From the NCBI RefSeq assembly GCF_001447785.1, contig NW_015169197.1:457640-521639 (forward strand): a stretch of DNA of 64,000 nucleotides, written 5' to 3'. The position numbers and the translations under genes are program-made. Below, piece after piece: positions 62,479 to 64,000 of the stretch. This DNA is from Gekko japonicus. Its lineage: Eukaryota. Below the pieces are notes generated by a model. It saw only the letters and a program-made list of their open reading frames with translations, made no database searches and was not told the origin of the DNA. The first letter of the stretch is position 1. Every line of letters begins with the position of its first letter.

Positions 62479-63394
62479 TTCCCCTTAGTCCATGTTGAAG
62501 GACTAATCAGCACAGATACCATCTTGCCCCTCTTACCAGATGCTTGTGCCTGGTTCACACATGCAGGAGGATGAAGTGGCAGAGGCAGCAGTGGTAGAGG
62601 TGTTTCAGATTGCAGATAGAAGATCTCATTTTGGAATGCTCCACTTTGCTCCCAGTGGCAGAGAAATAACCAGCACTTCAGTTTGGGAGTGCACATGAGG
62701 GGCTGGATGTTGTAGACCCTTTCTCCTGCTATGCTAGTTTTTGACTGCATGACATTTTTACACGAGGGAACATTGAAAGCTGGAATCTACCATGTGCAGT
62801 TGGAAGTGATACAGTGCTCCCTACCAACTCATAACAACCTCATTCTCCTGTACGTGTGAACCATGCATGTTGGGCAAAGATGAGATCTGTGAGTGCTACT
62901 TTTAGTTCTTTGGAGTAAGATATATTGTATGTATGTATGTATGAAAGCCAGTGGGAAACCTTTAAAGTTTTAAAGTGGTAGACCCAAATGCAGATTACTG
63001 CTGAATGATAGAACTCAATAGTTTGCCTGAGACCAACTATCTGGAATTTTTGATTCACAGGTGTTTAGGCTGAGCTCTTATCATATAAGTTTTAGAAGTG
63101 AAAAGTAGATTAGACTGAGTACAAGACTAGTTATGTGCAATATACAGATACTGAGTTGAAATTGATTGAAAACACCATGTAAGATATTTTTTAGTATGCA
63201 TGTTTGTATTGTTTTAATTAATAAAATTTTGAAAACCAAAAGGGGGGGAAGTATTTTGTTAAGCACAGAAATTGTTATAGAAATATTAATAATGAAATAT
63301 GCTATCTCTGCTAAAAGTGAGCAAAAGTTTTACATTGTTCATGTAGCTCACTTACCTGCAATGCATTTGAGGCAACACTTCCATAATGGTGGTG

Positions 63395-63858
63395 GAAAGT
63401 GTCAACAAATCACAGCTGACCTATGGCAAATCCTGTAGGATTTCCAAGGCAGGAAACATTCAAAGGTGGTTTGCCATTGCCTGCCTCTGTGTAGCAACCC
63501 TGGGACTTCCTTGGTGGTAGGGTTGCTAGGTCCCCCTGGTCTCTGGCAGGGGATGGGGGGGGGTAGCATTGCCAGATCCAGGCTGGGAAACTGCTGGAGA
63601 TTTGGGGATGGAGCCTGAGAAGAACAGGGATCTTGGTGGGGTACAAGGCCATAGCATCCACACTCCAAAGCATCCATTTTCTTCCAGGGAACTGATCTCT
63701 GTCATCTGGAGATATGATGTAATTCCAGGGGATCCCCAGCTCCCACCTGGAGGCTGACAACCCTAATTGGTGGTCTCCCAAGTGCGAACCCGGTCTGACC
63801 CTGCTTAATTTCCAGGTTCTGATGAGATTGGACTAGCCTGGGCCATCCAAGTTAGAGC
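63395..63858 (-). mobile_element. 5S-derived SINE split by hAT-like MITE
   Basis: The pieces 63395-63517 and 63766-63858 rejoin to the 37755 copy. Confidence 0.85.
63518..63765. mobile_element. TAGGGTTGC-family MITE
   Basis: Termini tagggttgc / gacaacccta. 8-bp TSD cttggtgg/attggtgg (7 of 8 match). Confidence 0.9.
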
Positions 63859-64000
63859 ATTTACATAATACTAGCACCCAAAACAATAAAGTAAATATTA
63901 ATCCCTTCCACGGACCACATATAATTAAAGAAACAGCTCATAATTGCAAGGAAACGATGTTCTAACATACAATAACATTGCAATATCGTAAGATATTTGA

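Overview
This is vertebrate genomic DNA, not prokaryotic. The repeat set points to a squamate reptile, probably a gecko (inference): a Sauria-type SINE, Squam3-like tRNA SINEs, 5S-derived SINEs, CR1/L2/Penelope fragments and many hAT and Harbinger-like MITEs. It looks like a draft assembly, with five N gaps and several near-exact tandem duplications. No intact long protein-coding ORF is present; the ORF-track calls are spurious, N-filled or retroelement remnants. The window reads as the intron-rich part of one large + strand gene that I could not identify. A transposon-poor block (~5.6-15.8 kb) holds a promoter-like region and several tiny candidate exons whose splice phases are mutually compatible (6712-6759, 9572/9619-9630, 10711-10728, 14235-14259, acceptor at 14415), with TGCATG (RBFOX) motifs nearby. 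The rest is mostly nested transposons. The most unusual structure is a 2.36-kb Gypsy-derived element (58609-60966) with TG...CA ends and a perfect 5-bp target duplication. It has no LTR pair and no RT core, and carries an inverted gag-protease block and a fold-back duplication. I found no evidence of a wholly new multi-gene system; the findings are leads that need alignment or RNA data.
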